64,000 bases of DNA from an uncultured Planctomycetota bacterium (GCA_963823665.1 CAWGMQ010000008.1:1248001-1312000), one strand, 5' to 3'; shown: positions 1 through 10,467, numbered from the stretch's first letter. Notes: generated by a model not told the origin, from the sequence alone. Translations and numbers: made by a program.

Positions 1-178
1 GACCGTGAAAGCCAAGTCGACGGCTCGCGACAGCGGGATCTACAGGATGGTCGAGACCGCGAAAGGTAAAGCCATGAAGACAGGATCATCGGCCCGTGCC
101 GCGCGCGGGGGAAAACTCTTTCCGAAGAAATAGCGGGCGATCGGCTCGCGGGCGGCAGCTCGGCGGCCGGGCAGGGGG

Positions 179-762
179 TCAGGCGACCGGACAGGCGAGG
201 ATCTGGTGGATCGCCCCGGGGCGCCAAACGGCGCCCGTCTTGGTTTCAATGCCCAGCTCCTCGAGTTGCGAAACCATATCGCGGTACGTTTTGTCCTGCG
301 CCTTCCATCGCTTCATGAAGTCGATCGCTCGTTGCTCGACCGGATCGGGAACGAGCGTCTTCCCGTCCGCGGCGAGGACGTATCCGAATCGGACGCGGCC
401 GCATCGCTCGCCTCGGGCGATCTTCCCCTGCAGCGCGTTCGCGGGGCGGTACGCGGTTTCCCCCCGCTCCCATTGCGCGACGGTGATGATCATGTTGAGA
501 ACCATCCGGCCCGACGGCGTGCGGGTGTCGATCGAGTCGTTGAGGCTGAAGAGACGTCTGCCCGCCTTGTCGCTGAAGAAACGCTGGATCAGATCGTCCC
601 AATCCCGCAGTGACCTGGTCAGACGGTCAAGCTTCATGATCACCACGCCGTCGACCGTCCCGCGCTCGAGCTCGTCGATAACGACCCCGAGGGCCTCGCG
701 GTCGAGCGTCTTCGCCGACACTCCCGCGTCCCGCTCGATCCGCGCCAGGGCAAGACGGTACG
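179..762 (-). pseudogene. Serine recombinase (resolvase family with recombinase domain), 5'-truncated
   Basis: Motifs DAGVSAK, KLDRLTRS, IDTRTPSGRMVLN and RVRFGY are present. Reading upstream, homology ends at YRLALARIERDAG after an in-frame TGA (~767-769). The N-terminal YxRVS catalytic-serine motif is absent. Confidence 0.8.
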
Positions 763-775
763 GTGGTCAAACTGC

Positions 776-889
776 GAGATCGAGCGGTTGGTTCCTCAAT
801 CGCGATCGCTGATGCCGGAGCTGTTGCTGCGCAACCTGACGGCGCAGCAGGTTGGGGATCTGCTCGAGTTTCTGGCGGGGCTGCGGTGA
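776..889 (+). pseudogene. C-terminal fragment of a PVC-type heme-binding/cytochrome c protein
   Basis: Manual translation gives EIERLVPQSRSLMPELLLRNLTAQQVGDLLEFLAGLR*, matching the typical SLMPExL..LT.Q..DL..FL C-terminus. No matching upstream coding region. Confidence 0.6.
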
Positions 890-1011
890 ATTGGGGTAAG
901 CCGTTGTTGTGGCATTTTTCGGCCTTGGGGTTCCAGTGCGAAGCTGGGCGGATGCCCAGGAACGCGGCGCGGCTCATTCAGACCGAGAGTTTCTCGCCAA
1001 AGAGGTCTTAC

Positions 1012-1350
1012 GTGACTAACTCATTGAAAACGAACAATGCTGCCTCAAGCGACGCGAACCCGCGTCTCAAAACGCAACTTAAGCTTCTGTGCAAGACTCG
1101 AGTCGACAAACTTCATGCCGTCACTTTTTTGCTTCAAGACCTTCTCAAGGGACAACCACAAGACGTGGAATGGGCATTAACTGACCCAGATGGGAAAGTC
1201 TATGCGTATATCACGCACGCTGGGGCTTGGCAGCGAAAGCGTCTGAACGCATCACGCGCGGCGGAACTCACGTCACGCGGTCGAGCCGCTATTGCATTCA
1301 GAAAGCAGAAGTCAAACTACAGTACGCGCGAGAAAAGGCAGACAATGTAG
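1012..1350 (+). CDS. Hypothetical protein (~112 aa), lower GC
   Basis: AGAGG RBS followed by GTG at 1012, inside ORF 763..1350. No recognisable domain. Confidence 0.45.
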   Translation: MTNSLKTNNAASSDANPRLKTQLKLLCKTRVDKLHAVTFLLQDLLKGQPQDVEWALTDPDGKVYAYITHAGAWQRKRLNASRAAELTSRGRAAIAFRKQKSNYSTREKRQTM

Positions 1351-1375
1351 ACAAGTCGGGCGATCTCTGGATTGA

Positions 1376-1546
1376 CACGATGTCGTACATTGGGCAGTCT
1401 CGCGCGGGTTGGTGGATGGCGACTACCCGATTTACTATTACGCCCACGATTCTCGCCCGCCATCGATTCGGAAGCTTTCCGAGAACTTCGCGAACTGGCT
1501 CGGAGAGTTCTTGCTGTACACGGAGTTTGCTTCCGGCGACGAATGA
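1376..1546 (+). pseudogene. C-terminal fragment of an SMI1/KNR4 (SUKH) family immunity protein
   Basis: Manual translation (not in the ORF track): HDVVHWAVSRGLVDGDYPIYYYAHDSRPPSIRKLSENFANWLGEFLL.. This fits the SUKH pattern 'dgeyPIyyy.Hd....klA.sF.eWL'. An in-frame TGA lies immediately upstream. Confidence 0.6.
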
Positions 1547-1740
1547 ATTCTTGCCAGCCGCAGGGCGTGCCCCCAACGCCTCAAGAACGTTGCCGGCGAG
1601 CCGCAGAATTACCCGGGGAACGTCTAATTGGCTTGCGGCCGAAGTCTCGCTTACCGCTTAACATTTCTGAAATTGTCGACGGCGACATGCCCAGCGTCCG
1701 GGCCAACTCGGCTTGACGTTTCCCTCTTGGGATACGGCCA

Positions 1741-2328
1741 TCATTTCTTGGTTGGGTTCATCGAATCGATGCGCTTCCCGCACGCGCAGTCGGCGATGAG
1801 CCGTTCGAGCCGCCGGAGCCGGGTTTCATCCTTCTTCGCGCTCATGACCCACCAGCCGACGACTTTCTGGTACCCGGGGGGCTGTGCTTTGAAGAACTGC
1901 CAGGCCGCGGGATTGGCCTTCAGTTTGTCTTCGTATTCACCGACGAGCTTCGCCCCTTGCTGCTCGTAGGAGTAGCGACGTGAGCGGTCTTCTGTTCGCT
2001 TTTTGAACGCCTCGAGGCCGGCGGGCTTCATCCGCTCAAGCTCGATCAGCTCGCCGGCACGCTTGATGTTGACGGCACTCCAGATGCTGCCGTTCTTGCG
2101 CCGGGTGAAGCGAATCGTGTAGCTGGTTTCATCCAGGTTCTTGCGAATACCGTCGATCCAGCCGACGCACAGCGCTTCATCGACTGATTCGGGCCAGGTG
2201 ATGCTGGCATGGCCGGAGCCTTTCTTGTGAAACCCTACCCACAGCTCCTGCGCGGTGCCGTGGTGTTTTAGAAGCCACTTGCGAAACTCGGCGGGCGTCT
2301 TGAAGAAGGTGACGTTTGACGCGATCAT
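1741..2328 (-). CDS. YdeI/OmpD-associated family protein
   Basis: FRKWLLKHH..ELWVGFHKK, EALCVGWIDG, IWSAVN, AKKDETRLRRL. Start reassigned to ATG at 2328. Confidence 0.9.
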   Translation of the reverse strand: MIASNVTFFKTPAEFRKWLLKHHGTAQELWVGFHKKGSGHASITWPESVDEALCVGWIDGIRKNLDETSYTIRFTRRKNGSIWSAVNIKRAGELIELERMKPAGLEAFKKRTEDRSRRYSYEQQGAKLVGEYEDKLKANPAAWQFFKAQPPGYQKVVGWWVMSAKKDETRLRRLERLIADCACGKRIDSMNPTKK

Positions 2329-2342
2329 CGGCCTAGAGCCTC

Positions 2343-3641
2343 TCACGAGTCCACATTCCGAGGCCCGATTGCAAGCGCGTTCTGGATCGGAGTTATCTTG
2401 AGGATGAAGTGTCGAAAAACATAGAACGAGCAGCCGATGGCCACGGCGGCGACGGCGTTGATCGAGACCACGGCGGCGGCGGTGGCGAGGAACGCCATTG
2501 CATCCAGCCGGCGCATGCGGGGCAGTCGCCGCCAGGTGCTCCACTCCAGGAGCCCTAAGCCCACGTAGGCCGTCACGCCGGACAAGGCCGCCAGGGGGAT
2601 TCGCGCGATCAGGCTTGCGCCGAAGCCCGCCAGCATCAGCAGAAACACGGCATGCAGCAGGTTCGAGAGCCGGGTGGTTCCTCCGCAACGGAGGTTGGCC
2701 AGGCTACGAGCGGGAATGCCGACGGAGAGGGGTGCTCCGAAGACGCCGGCGCAGAGGTTGGCCATACCGTAGGCGCCCAGCTCGGCGTCGGCATCGGCAG
2801 CGCGGAGGGGTCTGTGCCGGCCTTGAAAGTGCTCGACAACACGTGACGTGATCAGGATGTTGATCGAAGCGACGAAGGCCAGGCCGAGTGCGGCGGGCAC
2901 GACCTGGGTGATGTCGGCGGGGCCCCACGTGAACTCGGCGAACGCGGGTAGAGACAGGGACACGGCCCCGAGCACCGTCTCGTGCCAGCCAAGCAGTCCT
3001 GCACCGGCGACGGCCAGCACAACGCCAAGCAAGGGTGCCGGCGAACGCGGCCAACGACGGGCGGCAACCACCGCACCGACGACGACCAGCAGGCCGAGCA
3101 CGAACGGCTGCGAACGCATCTGGGGGAGAATTCTCCCAACCTGCACCAGCTCGACCAGTGAGATTTCGGAGCGGCTGCCGCGCGGGGACGGCAAACCGAG
3201 GAGCGTGCGGAGTTGGAGAATCACCATCATCGCACCGACGCCACACGAGAATCCCGAGACGACCGCATGAGGCACCTTGGCCACGTAACGGCCGAGGCGC
3301 AGCATGCAGAAGATCATCATGAAGACCGCCGCCGCCAGACAGACCTTGGCGGCGCCGCCCGTGCCCTGAGAGGCGACGGCGGCGGTGATGAAGGGAACGG
3401 TGGCGCTGGCTGTTCCGCCGATCAAGACCGGATTGCGGCCGAGCAAGGACGTGACCGGCGCGGTGAGGATGGAGGTGAAGAGCCCCAGCTCGGGCGGAAG
3501 CCCCATCATCCGCGCCAGGGCCAAGCCGTACGGGAGCGCAACCAGCGCGGCGATCGCGCCGCCCATTGTGTCTCCTGCCAGATCGTGCCAGCCGTAGCCT
3601 TCACTGCGCGGCCGCGCCGGCCGCTTCGGCAGCTCAAACAT
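2343..3641 (-). CDS. SulP family inorganic anion transporter (no STAS domain)
   Basis: DTMGGAIAALVALPYGLALA, VPHAVVSGF, RSLANLRCGGTTRLS; polytopic membrane protein. Start overlaps the stop of the upstream aminotransferase. Confidence 0.85.
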   Translation of the reverse strand: MFELPKRPARPRSEGYGWHDLAGDTMGGAIAALVALPYGLALARMMGLPPELGLFTSILTAPVTSLLGRNPVLIGGTASATVPFITAAVASQGTGGAAKVCLAAAVFMMIFCMLRLGRYVAKVPHAVVSGFSCGVGAMMVILQLRTLLGLPSPRGSRSEISLVELVQVGRILPQMRSQPFVLGLLVVVGAVVAARRWPRSPAPLLGVVLAVAGAGLLGWHETVLGAVSLSLPAFAEFTWGPADITQVVPAALGLAFVASINILITSRVVEHFQGRHRPLRAADADAELGAYGMANLCAGVFGAPLSVGIPARSLANLRCGGTTRLSNLLHAVFLLMLAGFGASLIARIPLAALSGVTAYVGLGLLEWSTWRRLPRMRRLDAMAFLATAAAVVSINAVAAVAIGCSFYVFRHFILKITPIQNALAIGPRNVDS

Positions 3642-4790
3642 TCATCACATGCTCGAAGGCGGTCCGGAACTTCGCCATCTCTTCACGCGTGCCGATCGTG
3701 ACCCGGACATGTTGCGGCATCGACTGCCAGGTACGGCCGATGACGACCTTCTCCTTGAGCAGGGCCTGGAAAACCTGGCGGCCCGGCTTGCGCACGTCGA
3801 CCATGATCATGTTGGCTTCCGAGGGCAACACCGAGTAGCCTTTCTTGACGAGCCACCTCGCCGTCTCCTCACGGATGTCAGCGATCAGGTCCCGGCGCTC
3901 TTTGACCAGATTCTTGTCCTTGAGACTGGCGATGGCGCCGACCATGCCCGTGACCGGCAGCGCGCCGGCTCCATAGTTCCGCAGCTTGGCCAGCAAGTCC
4001 GGCCGGCCCAGAGCAGCGCCGGCACGCAGGCCGGCCATGCCGTAAATCTTGGAGAACGTCCGGAGGATGATCACAGTCCTTGCCGGCCGCGACCAGCGCG
4101 GAAGCCGGTTCGGCATTTTTCGAGAGGTGGATATAGGCCTCGTCTAGCAGCACGATCGTGTCTTTCGGCTTGTGCGCGACCAGGTATTCGATGTCTTCCT
4201 TGGAGGTGATCGAGCCGGTGGGATTGTTGGGGTTGCAGACGTAGATCAAGCCGGCTTCGGGGTCGGCCTGCGCCATGGCATTGACGTCGTGCGAGTAGTC
4301 TTTGCGCAGCGGGACCGAAATCGTCTTGGCTCCGACGAAGCGTGCAGCCCGCTCGCCCGCTTCGTAACCGGGATCGGCCGTGACATAGCTCTTGCCTGGC
4401 CCGGTGTAGGCCAGCACGGCGCGATGGAGGGGATCGCTCGACCCGGCGAACGGCATGACGTGACTCGCGCGGAATCCCTTCGACCTCGGCCATCGTCGCT
4501 GAGAATACGCCCGTCTCTTGATAAAGGTATCGGCCGCCCTGCGGGACGATTTTCTGAATGGCCTCGATCGCCGCGGGGCAGGGGCCCATCGGGTTTTCGT
4601 TGGCGTTGATCCGAACGGCGTCGGGAGGAAGATTCGGCAGGGCCGAAAGCCCCTGCGCCAGGGCTGCCTCGTTGTAAAAGGGCAGGGCCGCGCCCGCGGT
4701 CAAGAGGGCTGCCAGCTTGCCGAAATCGCGACGGCTGAATCCGCGGCGGATGAGATCTCGACGTGACTCGGGGCTGAAGGGTTCGTACAT
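3634..4790 (-). CDS. Tat-exported PLP-dependent aminotransferase, HisC-like (class I/II); two frameshifts (~4460, ~4075)
   Basis: SRRDFGKLAA Tat motif, INANENPMGP, CNPNNPTG, LLDEAY and RTFSKIYGMAGLRAG are spread over three consecutive frames. Confidence 0.85.
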
Positions 4791-5107
4791 CGCTCCTCCT
4801 CCATCGTTGTGAGGGACTGCGCCGCACGCGATCGTCTGAGCGGGCTTGCGCGTCGAAGGTAAGTAATATAACAACGCCACCAAGAATCTGCTGACGAGCC
4901 GAACGCTCGGGAGAGAGGAGACACCCGAGTCACGATCCATCAGACTCACCCGCGCCGCCCTTGGCCGGCCTCCAGGCAGCGAACCATTATAGACCTGCGC
5001 ACATTCTGCGTAAACGGTGCAGTTGCGATCCAATTTGCGTCAGGATCGAATGACGAGGCGAGTGGAAGCGACGAACCGCCCGTGTCATGCTTGTGTGGGG
5101 AGCGGGC

Positions 5108-5124
5108 GGCACACGGAGTGTGCC
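5108..5124. repeat. Short perfect hairpin GGCACAC-GGA-GTGTGCC (REP-like) downstream of trpS
   Basis: 7-bp stem, read on the minus strand as GCAGCAGGCACACTCCGTGTGCC. Single copy in this window. Confidence 0.35.
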
Positions 5125-5141
5125 TGCTGCGACGGATTCGA

Positions 5142-6113
5142 TTAGCCTACCCCGCAGGCGGCCCGGGCGCGGTCGAGGACTCTGCGGGCGGTCGACCGAG
5201 CTCGCACAGCCGCGGCAGCCCGAACTTCGGCGACGCGCTCGGGATGGGCGATCCAATCGGCGCGTTTTTCCCTCGCCTCGCTGAAGCGCGCGATCATTGC
5301 CTGGGCCAGGCGCGATTTCACCTCGCCGTAGCCGATGCCGCCCTGGCGGTATCGCCGCTCGACATCGGCGAGCTCATCACCCGAAGCAAACAGCCGGTAC
5401 AGGTTGAAGAGGGGGCAGGTGTCGGGGTTCTTGGGTGCCTCGACCGGCGTGCTGTCGGTGACGATTTTCTTTACCTTCTTGGTTATCGTTGCGGGCTCGT
5501 CGAAGATGTCGATCGTGTTGTTGTAGCTCTTGGACATCTTCTGGCCGTCCAGGCCGGGGACGACGGCGACGGCTTCGAGAATGTGCGGCTTGGGGAGCCG
5601 GAAGACGTCGCTCCCGGCGCCATAGACGCGGTTGAACCGCTCGGCGATGTCACGAGTGACTTCCAGATGCTGCTTCTGGTCCTGGCCCACGGGAACCAGG
5701 TCGGCGTCGTAGAGCAGGATATCGGCAGCCTGCAAGACGGGATACGCAAAGAGCCCATGCTCGGCAGAGAGGCCTTGCTGCACTTTATCTTTATAACTCA
5801 CGCATTTCTCTAGCCAACCCATGGGAGTGACCGTCGAGAGCAGCCATGCCAGCTCGGTTGTTTCGGGAACGTCCGACTGAACGAAGAGGGTTGCCCTGGC
5901 CGGGTCGAGGCCGAGCGCCAGCATCGAAACGAACACGTCATACACGTAAGACTGGAGCTGGCGGGCATCGCGGACACTCGTGAGCGCATGATAGTCGGCG
6001 ACGAAATAGTAGGCGTCGTTGCCGTCCTGGAGATCGATGAACTGCTTGAGCGCGCCGAAGTAGTTTCCGATGTGCAACGGGCCCGAAGGCTGGATTCCCG
6101 ATAGAATTCGCAT
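5142..6113 (-). CDS. trpS: Tryptophan--tRNA ligase
   Basis: MRILSGIQPSG.LHIGNY, YPVLQAADIL, VPVGQDQKQH and KMSKS motifs. Confidence 0.97.
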   Translation of the reverse strand: MRILSGIQPSGPLHIGNYFGALKQFIDLQDGNDAYYFVADYHALTSVRDARQLQSYVYDVFVSMLALGLDPARATLFVQSDVPETTELAWLLSTVTPMGWLEKCVSYKDKVQQGLSAEHGLFAYPVLQAADILLYDADLVPVGQDQKQHLEVTRDIAERFNRVYGAGSDVFRLPKPHILEAVAVVPGLDGQKMSKSYNNTIDIFDEPATITKKVKKIVTDSTPVEAPKNPDTCPLFNLYRLFASGDELADVERRYRQGGIGYGEVKSRLAQAMIARFSEAREKRADWIAHPERVAEVRAAAAVRARSTARRVLDRARAACGVG

Positions 6114-6318
6114 GATCCACCAATTTGCGGGACGCGGGTCAAAACAACTTACCAGCTTATCACGGAATCGTCCAAGGCGCACGGATCGGAAGAATGGCTC
6201 AACACAGAGCGGCCGGCATTGGCAGGCGAATACGGCCGACGCTACCATCAAGCTGGTCCAACGGCTTGTCTGCCGGCGATCAGGGATCGTCACAACTTGT
6301 CTGACCACAGGCTTCACG

Positions 6319-6754
6319 ATGGCAGCGACCTTATTCGACGACCACGATGTTCGATTCGAATATCCTTCGGAATGGTCGATGGAGGTCACGGATAGCGATC
6401 CGCTGTTGACCATCAATCTGGAACACCCAGCGGGCATTGCGTTCGTCATCATCACGATCGATCGATCTTGTCCAGACCCGGGCGAAGTCGCGGACTCCAT
6501 TGTCGAAGCTCTGCGCGAGGAGTACGCCGACCTCGAGGATGATCCGTTCGAGGAGGTCGTCAACAAGCGACTGGTCTCCGGGCTACGACGTTCAGTTCTT
6601 CGCGCTTGACCTCCCGAACACAGCCCGCATCCGTTCTTTCTGCACGTTCACGCGCACGCTCACGATTTATGGGCAATGGTCGGATCTTGTCGAAGACGAG
6701 GCCTCGGATCTCGCCGAGACGATCATCCGCTCGGTTGAAGACAGCGAGGATTGA
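6319..6754 (+). CDS. Conserved hypothetical acidic protein; frameshift ~6580
   Basis: ORFs 6070..6609 and 6437..6754 join into FEYPSEW...LREEY...GYDVQFFALDLPNTA. Confidence 0.6.
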
Positions 6755-6772
6755 ACACGCGGGTATCGTTGA

Positions 6773-7895
6773 TCATCCCGTGCCATCCGCCGCCTCTGAG
6801 CCGGCGGCTTCGGCGAGGATTCTTGCGATCTGGTCGAGCAGCACCTCGCCTCCCTTGTCGACGACGTCGATGTGTTTGGCGCCGGCGACATCGAACCAGT
6901 GCGGAGGCGATGGGAATGCTTCGGCCAGGCGGCGCGCTTCCCGCATCGGGACGATCGGGTCGTCCGTACCGTGAAGGATCAGGGTCCTACAGCCTACGCT
7001 CGAGGCAACTTCCACAGGGCCTGGTCGATCGATGCGCATGCCCGCAACCTTGCCCGCGCGGCGGATGATCTGCCGTGCCAGGAACATTGGAAACGGAATC
7101 CGGCGTCGGCGCAGGACGACCGCTGTCGCATCGACGATGTCCACCATCGGCGCTTCAAGCACGAGAGCGACGGCTCGCGGATCAAGAGACGCGGCCCGTA
7201 GCGCGATGGCCGCGCCCATCGAGCGGCCCCACAGGACGGGCTGGAATGAAACTCCCGGGGCGGTTCGCGCCAGGCGCGCCGCAAGCTCATCGAGCCACGT
7301 CTGGATATCATGCGCCTCGACGCCGCCGAACGTCGAGAAATGACCCTCACTCCGGCCGTGGCCGCGAGAATCGAGCGCCGCGACATTCCAGCCGTGGCGG
7401 TTCAAGGCGGCCGCCCGGGCTGCCTCGAGGGCGCGCGATGTTTCTGCGAACCCATGCAGCAAGAGGACGGTGCGCCCCGTCGAGGAAAGTCCGGTTGCCG
7501 GAAACCAGCGGCCCGCCAGGCGCGAACCGTCACCGGCTCTGGCCACGATTGCTTCGACATCACCGCAGGACTCTGCGTCTCCTGAGCTGCCTGTTGAGCT
7601 AGCCGCCAACGATCGGTACGGCATCACGAGCGCCCAGGCGCCGATCTCCGTCACCGCGAGGACCAGGCACGCGAACAGCCCCAGGATGAAGCCTGTCAGT
7701 CCCAGCAGGAGCTTCAGGCCGGCAGTGAGCGAGCTGGGGGGCGGCGTGTCGATGCCGCGCAATGCGGCAGACTGGGCGGGCACCACTTCGACGCGAGTAT
7801 CACCGGACCGAGATTTCGCACGCTGATCGTCGTTCTGGTCCAGGAATGCCGTTGCAATCACACCGTCGCGCGTCCAGGAAATGCGGATGGCGCCC
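6773..7895 (-). CDS. Alpha/beta hydrolase domain with N-terminal TM segment; probably the C-terminal part of a ComEC fusion
   Basis: LLHGF, DSRGHGRS, WGRSMG (Ser), HGTDDPIVP (Asp), AGAKH (His). The frame stays open upstream into the ComEC C-terminus. Confidence 0.85.
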
Positions 7896-10467
7896 TGCGC
7901 CACGTCCTGAGAACTGGGTTTCCCATCCGTTCGACTGCGGCAAGCGGATCGTTGGCGGGCACGGAGGGAGGCCGCTGGCTGGCGATGACGATCCGTGGCC
8001 TCGCCCATTCGTACAGCCACTCCGGGTTGGCAGCCCTGCCGCCATGGTGGGGAGCGAGAATCGCCTCGGGCGGAGGGTCTGGCCGGGACTGCGCGACGAG
8101 CGCACCCAAGCCGGAGAGCTCGAGGTCGCCCGTCAAGAGAATGTGGCGTCCGGCGAAGGCGACGTCGAGCACGATGCTGCGGGCGTTGTCAGTTGACGCC
8201 GGATCCCAGCCCGACGGTGGATGCCGGACCGTGAACGAAACGCCGGCTCTTTGCCACGACTCGGGCGCGGTCACAGGCTGAATGGGAATCCCGCGGGACT
8301 TGATCTTTGCGAGCAGATCGTTGGCCGCAGGGTTGGCGTCACCGCCGAAGTGCGGCGTGATGCGCACCACGCCGATCGGGAAGCGGTCGAGGAGGTCAAG
8401 AAGGCCGTCGTAGTGATCCTGATCGGCGTGGCTCAGAAAGACGGCGTCGATCCGGCCCACGCCGCGTTTCCAGAGCGCGGGCGCGACGATTCTGCGGCCG
8501 ACGCTCGGGTCACCGAGGCGGCCGCAGTCGTAGAGATAGGCAGCGCCGTCCGGCGTGCGGATCAGAACTGCCAGGCCATGCCCGACCGCCAGAAACTCGG
8601 CTAGGGCGGTCGGGGCAGGGGGCGTGAGTGCAGCCGGAAACAGCCAGCCCGGTACGACCCAGACCGCCAGGAGCCACGCCGGGATGCTCCTCTGCCATCG
8701 TGGGAAAGTGAACCGCCCGAAGGAAAGGCCTCCCCTCCCGGCAAGAACGGCCAGAACCAACAGAATGTAGAAGATCAGCACCCAACCCCATGCCGGCCCG
8801 ACGACGAAACGGTGCCCCCACTTCTGGTCGACTCCCCAGAGAACACTGGCTTTCGTGGCATAGAGGAACCCGGCAGCGCACCAGGCCAGCGGTGCACCGA
8901 GCGGCCCCCAGATTGACGAAGCTGCAAGGCCGAGGCCGCCCAGGAGCAGGGCCGCGGTCGTGAAGGGAATCAAGGGCATGTTCAGGAGGATTCCGATCGG
9001 CGAGATCAGATGAAAGCGCATGGCCACGAGCGGGAGAGCCGCAACAAAGACCACGGCGGAAGCGACCAGGCTCTCGAGCATGAGCACTCCGGCGCGCTGT
9101 AGTGCCGCGCGCCACGCTGGGTCGAAGTCGCGCTCCAGCAGATCCAGCGGGGTGACGCGACCGAGTAAGCGGTCGCGCAGCTCACCGATGCCGGCGCGAA
9201 CCCGCGCGGCCGAGGGGGGCACGATCCAGATCAGGGTGCCGATCGCCAGGAAAGAAAGCTGGCAGCCCACGTCGAAAAGATAGGAGGGATTGACGGCCAG
9301 GGTGCCGATCGCAGCCAGGGCAAGCGTATTGGCCGGCCGATTCAACCGCTGTGAAATCGAGGCCAGGCAGAAGGCCGCCGTCATCACGGTTGCCCGCACG
9401 ACGGAGGGAGCCGGGCCGACCACGACGGCGTAGACAATCATCGAAATTGCAACGCTCACATACGCTGGCCGGCGAGCGACCCCTACCAATCGAAACACCG
9501 CCAACAAGGCGAATGCGAGTGCTTGCAACTGGAGACCTGAGATTGCGAGCAAGTGAGTCGTGCCGGTGCGCGCGAAGGCGTCGTTGACTTCGGGCTCGAT
9601 TCCCTCGCGCTGACCCAGCAGGAGTGCAGCGGCCAGCGGCGCGACCGAGGGATCGAGCCTGTCGAAGAGGCGGGCCCTCGTCCACGATCGAATTCGACCG
9701 AGCAATTCCCGCGGCCAGAGGCTCCTTCCGGCCGGCCTGCGCCAGAAGCTCTGCGGATCGGCGATCGTGAAACGAAGCCGGACGCCCTCGACTCGTTCGA
9801 ACGCACGATAGTCGAACTCGCCGGGATTCATGGGAGGTGGGATCAGGCCCAGAAGCCCCGCCGCCTCGATCGACTGGCCGGAAAGGATCTCGCTCCGGTC
9901 GCCCGTGACGATCGTGATGGCACGCCCGGAGGTCTTGTGCCACTGCCGGCCGTCGCTCAACTCGGTCAAGTCGAGCACGAACCGGGTCGAGACACGGGCC
10001 GCGGTCTGATCGCCGAAGCCGAATCCCTCGCTCGCTCGAACGCCGAGCGTGTCGCGCACGACGCCACGGACCCAGACCGGACGGGCGGCATCCGTGAGGC
10101 GAAGTGCGAGGTCGTCCGGGGCCAGGTCCGAATAGCGAGCGTGATGCCAGGCGCCACCCAGCGCGGCGACCGCTGCCAGAACCAGAGCGACACTGATCAA
10201 AGCCCTTCGAGCCAAGAATACAGCGATCGCCGCGAAGGCGAGCGCCACGCCGACCCACTTCTGGGTCCCCCAGGGCTCGAGGTATCGATCGAGGATGATT
10301 CCCGCCGCCATCGCTGCGATCACGGGCACACAAGGCGCGATCAGGAGACTCGGCGCAACTCCGCGGTTTCGGCTGGCGGCGGACTGGGGGCTCGAGTTCA
10401 CGAGCGGCGCGGCGGTGCGCTCGTGAAGCTGGGGAGACTGAGATCGAGCAACACCGGGCGCAGGCAC
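7858..10467 (-). CDS. comEC: ComEC/Rec2 DNA-uptake membrane protein with metallo-beta-lactamase domain; frameshift ~7897
   Basis: NPGEFDY, GTTHLLAISGLQ, PSVVRA, GCQLSF, AVGHG, SHADQDH, LTGDLE, PHHGG. Confidence 0.93.
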   Translation of the reverse strand: MPAPGVARSQSPQLHERTAAPLVNSSPQSAASRNRGVAPSLLIAPCVPVIAAMAAGIILDRYLEPWGTQKWVGVALAFAAIAVFLARRALISVALVLAAVAALGGAWHHARYSDLAPDDLALRLTDAARPVWVRGVVRDTLGVRASEGFGFGDQTAARVSTRFVLDLTELSDGRQWHKTSGRAITIVTGDRSEILSGQSIEAAGLLGLIPPPMNPGEFDYRAFERVEGVRLRFTIADPQSFWRRPAGRSLWPRELLGRIRSWTRARLFDRLDPSVAPLAAALLLGQREGIEPEVNDAFARTGTTHLLAISGLQLQALAFALLAVFRLVGVARRPAYVSVAISMIVYAVVVGPAPSVVRATVMTAAFCLASISQRLNRPANTLALAAIGTLAVNPSYLFDVGCQLSFLAIGTLIWIVPPSAARVRAGIGELRDRLLGRVTPLDLLERDFDPAWRAALQRAGVLMLESLVASAVVFVAALPLVAMRFHLISPIGILLNMPLIPFTTAALLLGGLGLAASSIWGPLGAPLAWCAAGFLYATKASVLWGVDQKWGHRFVVGPAWGWVLIFYILLVLAVLAGRGGLSFGRFTFPRWQRSIPAWLLAVWVVPGWLFPAALTPPAPTALAEFLAVGHGLAVLIRTPDGAAYLYDCGRLGDPSVGRRIVAPALWKRGVGRIDAVFLSHADQDHYDGLLDLLDRFPIGVVRITPHFGGDANPAANDLLAKIKSRGIPIQPVTAPESWQRAGVSFTVRHPPSGWDPASTDNARSIVLDVAFAGRHILLTGDLELSGLGALVAQSRPDPPPEAILAPHHGGRAANPEWLYEWARPRIVIASQRPPSVPANDPLAAVERMGNPVLRTWRRAPSAFPGRATV

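Noticed and set aside
1298..1576. Minus-strand ORF faintly resembling RelE (LSEPVREVLGKLP)
   Set aside because: Lacks the RelE C-terminal motifs; the opposite strand gives a better SUKH-like reading.
3634..4790. Calling this gene hisC
   Set aside because: The Tat signal and the absence of his-operon context argue against the biosynthetic enzyme.
6114..6318. T-box or attenuator upstream of trpS
   Set aside because: No T-box consensus and no U-tailed terminator recognised.
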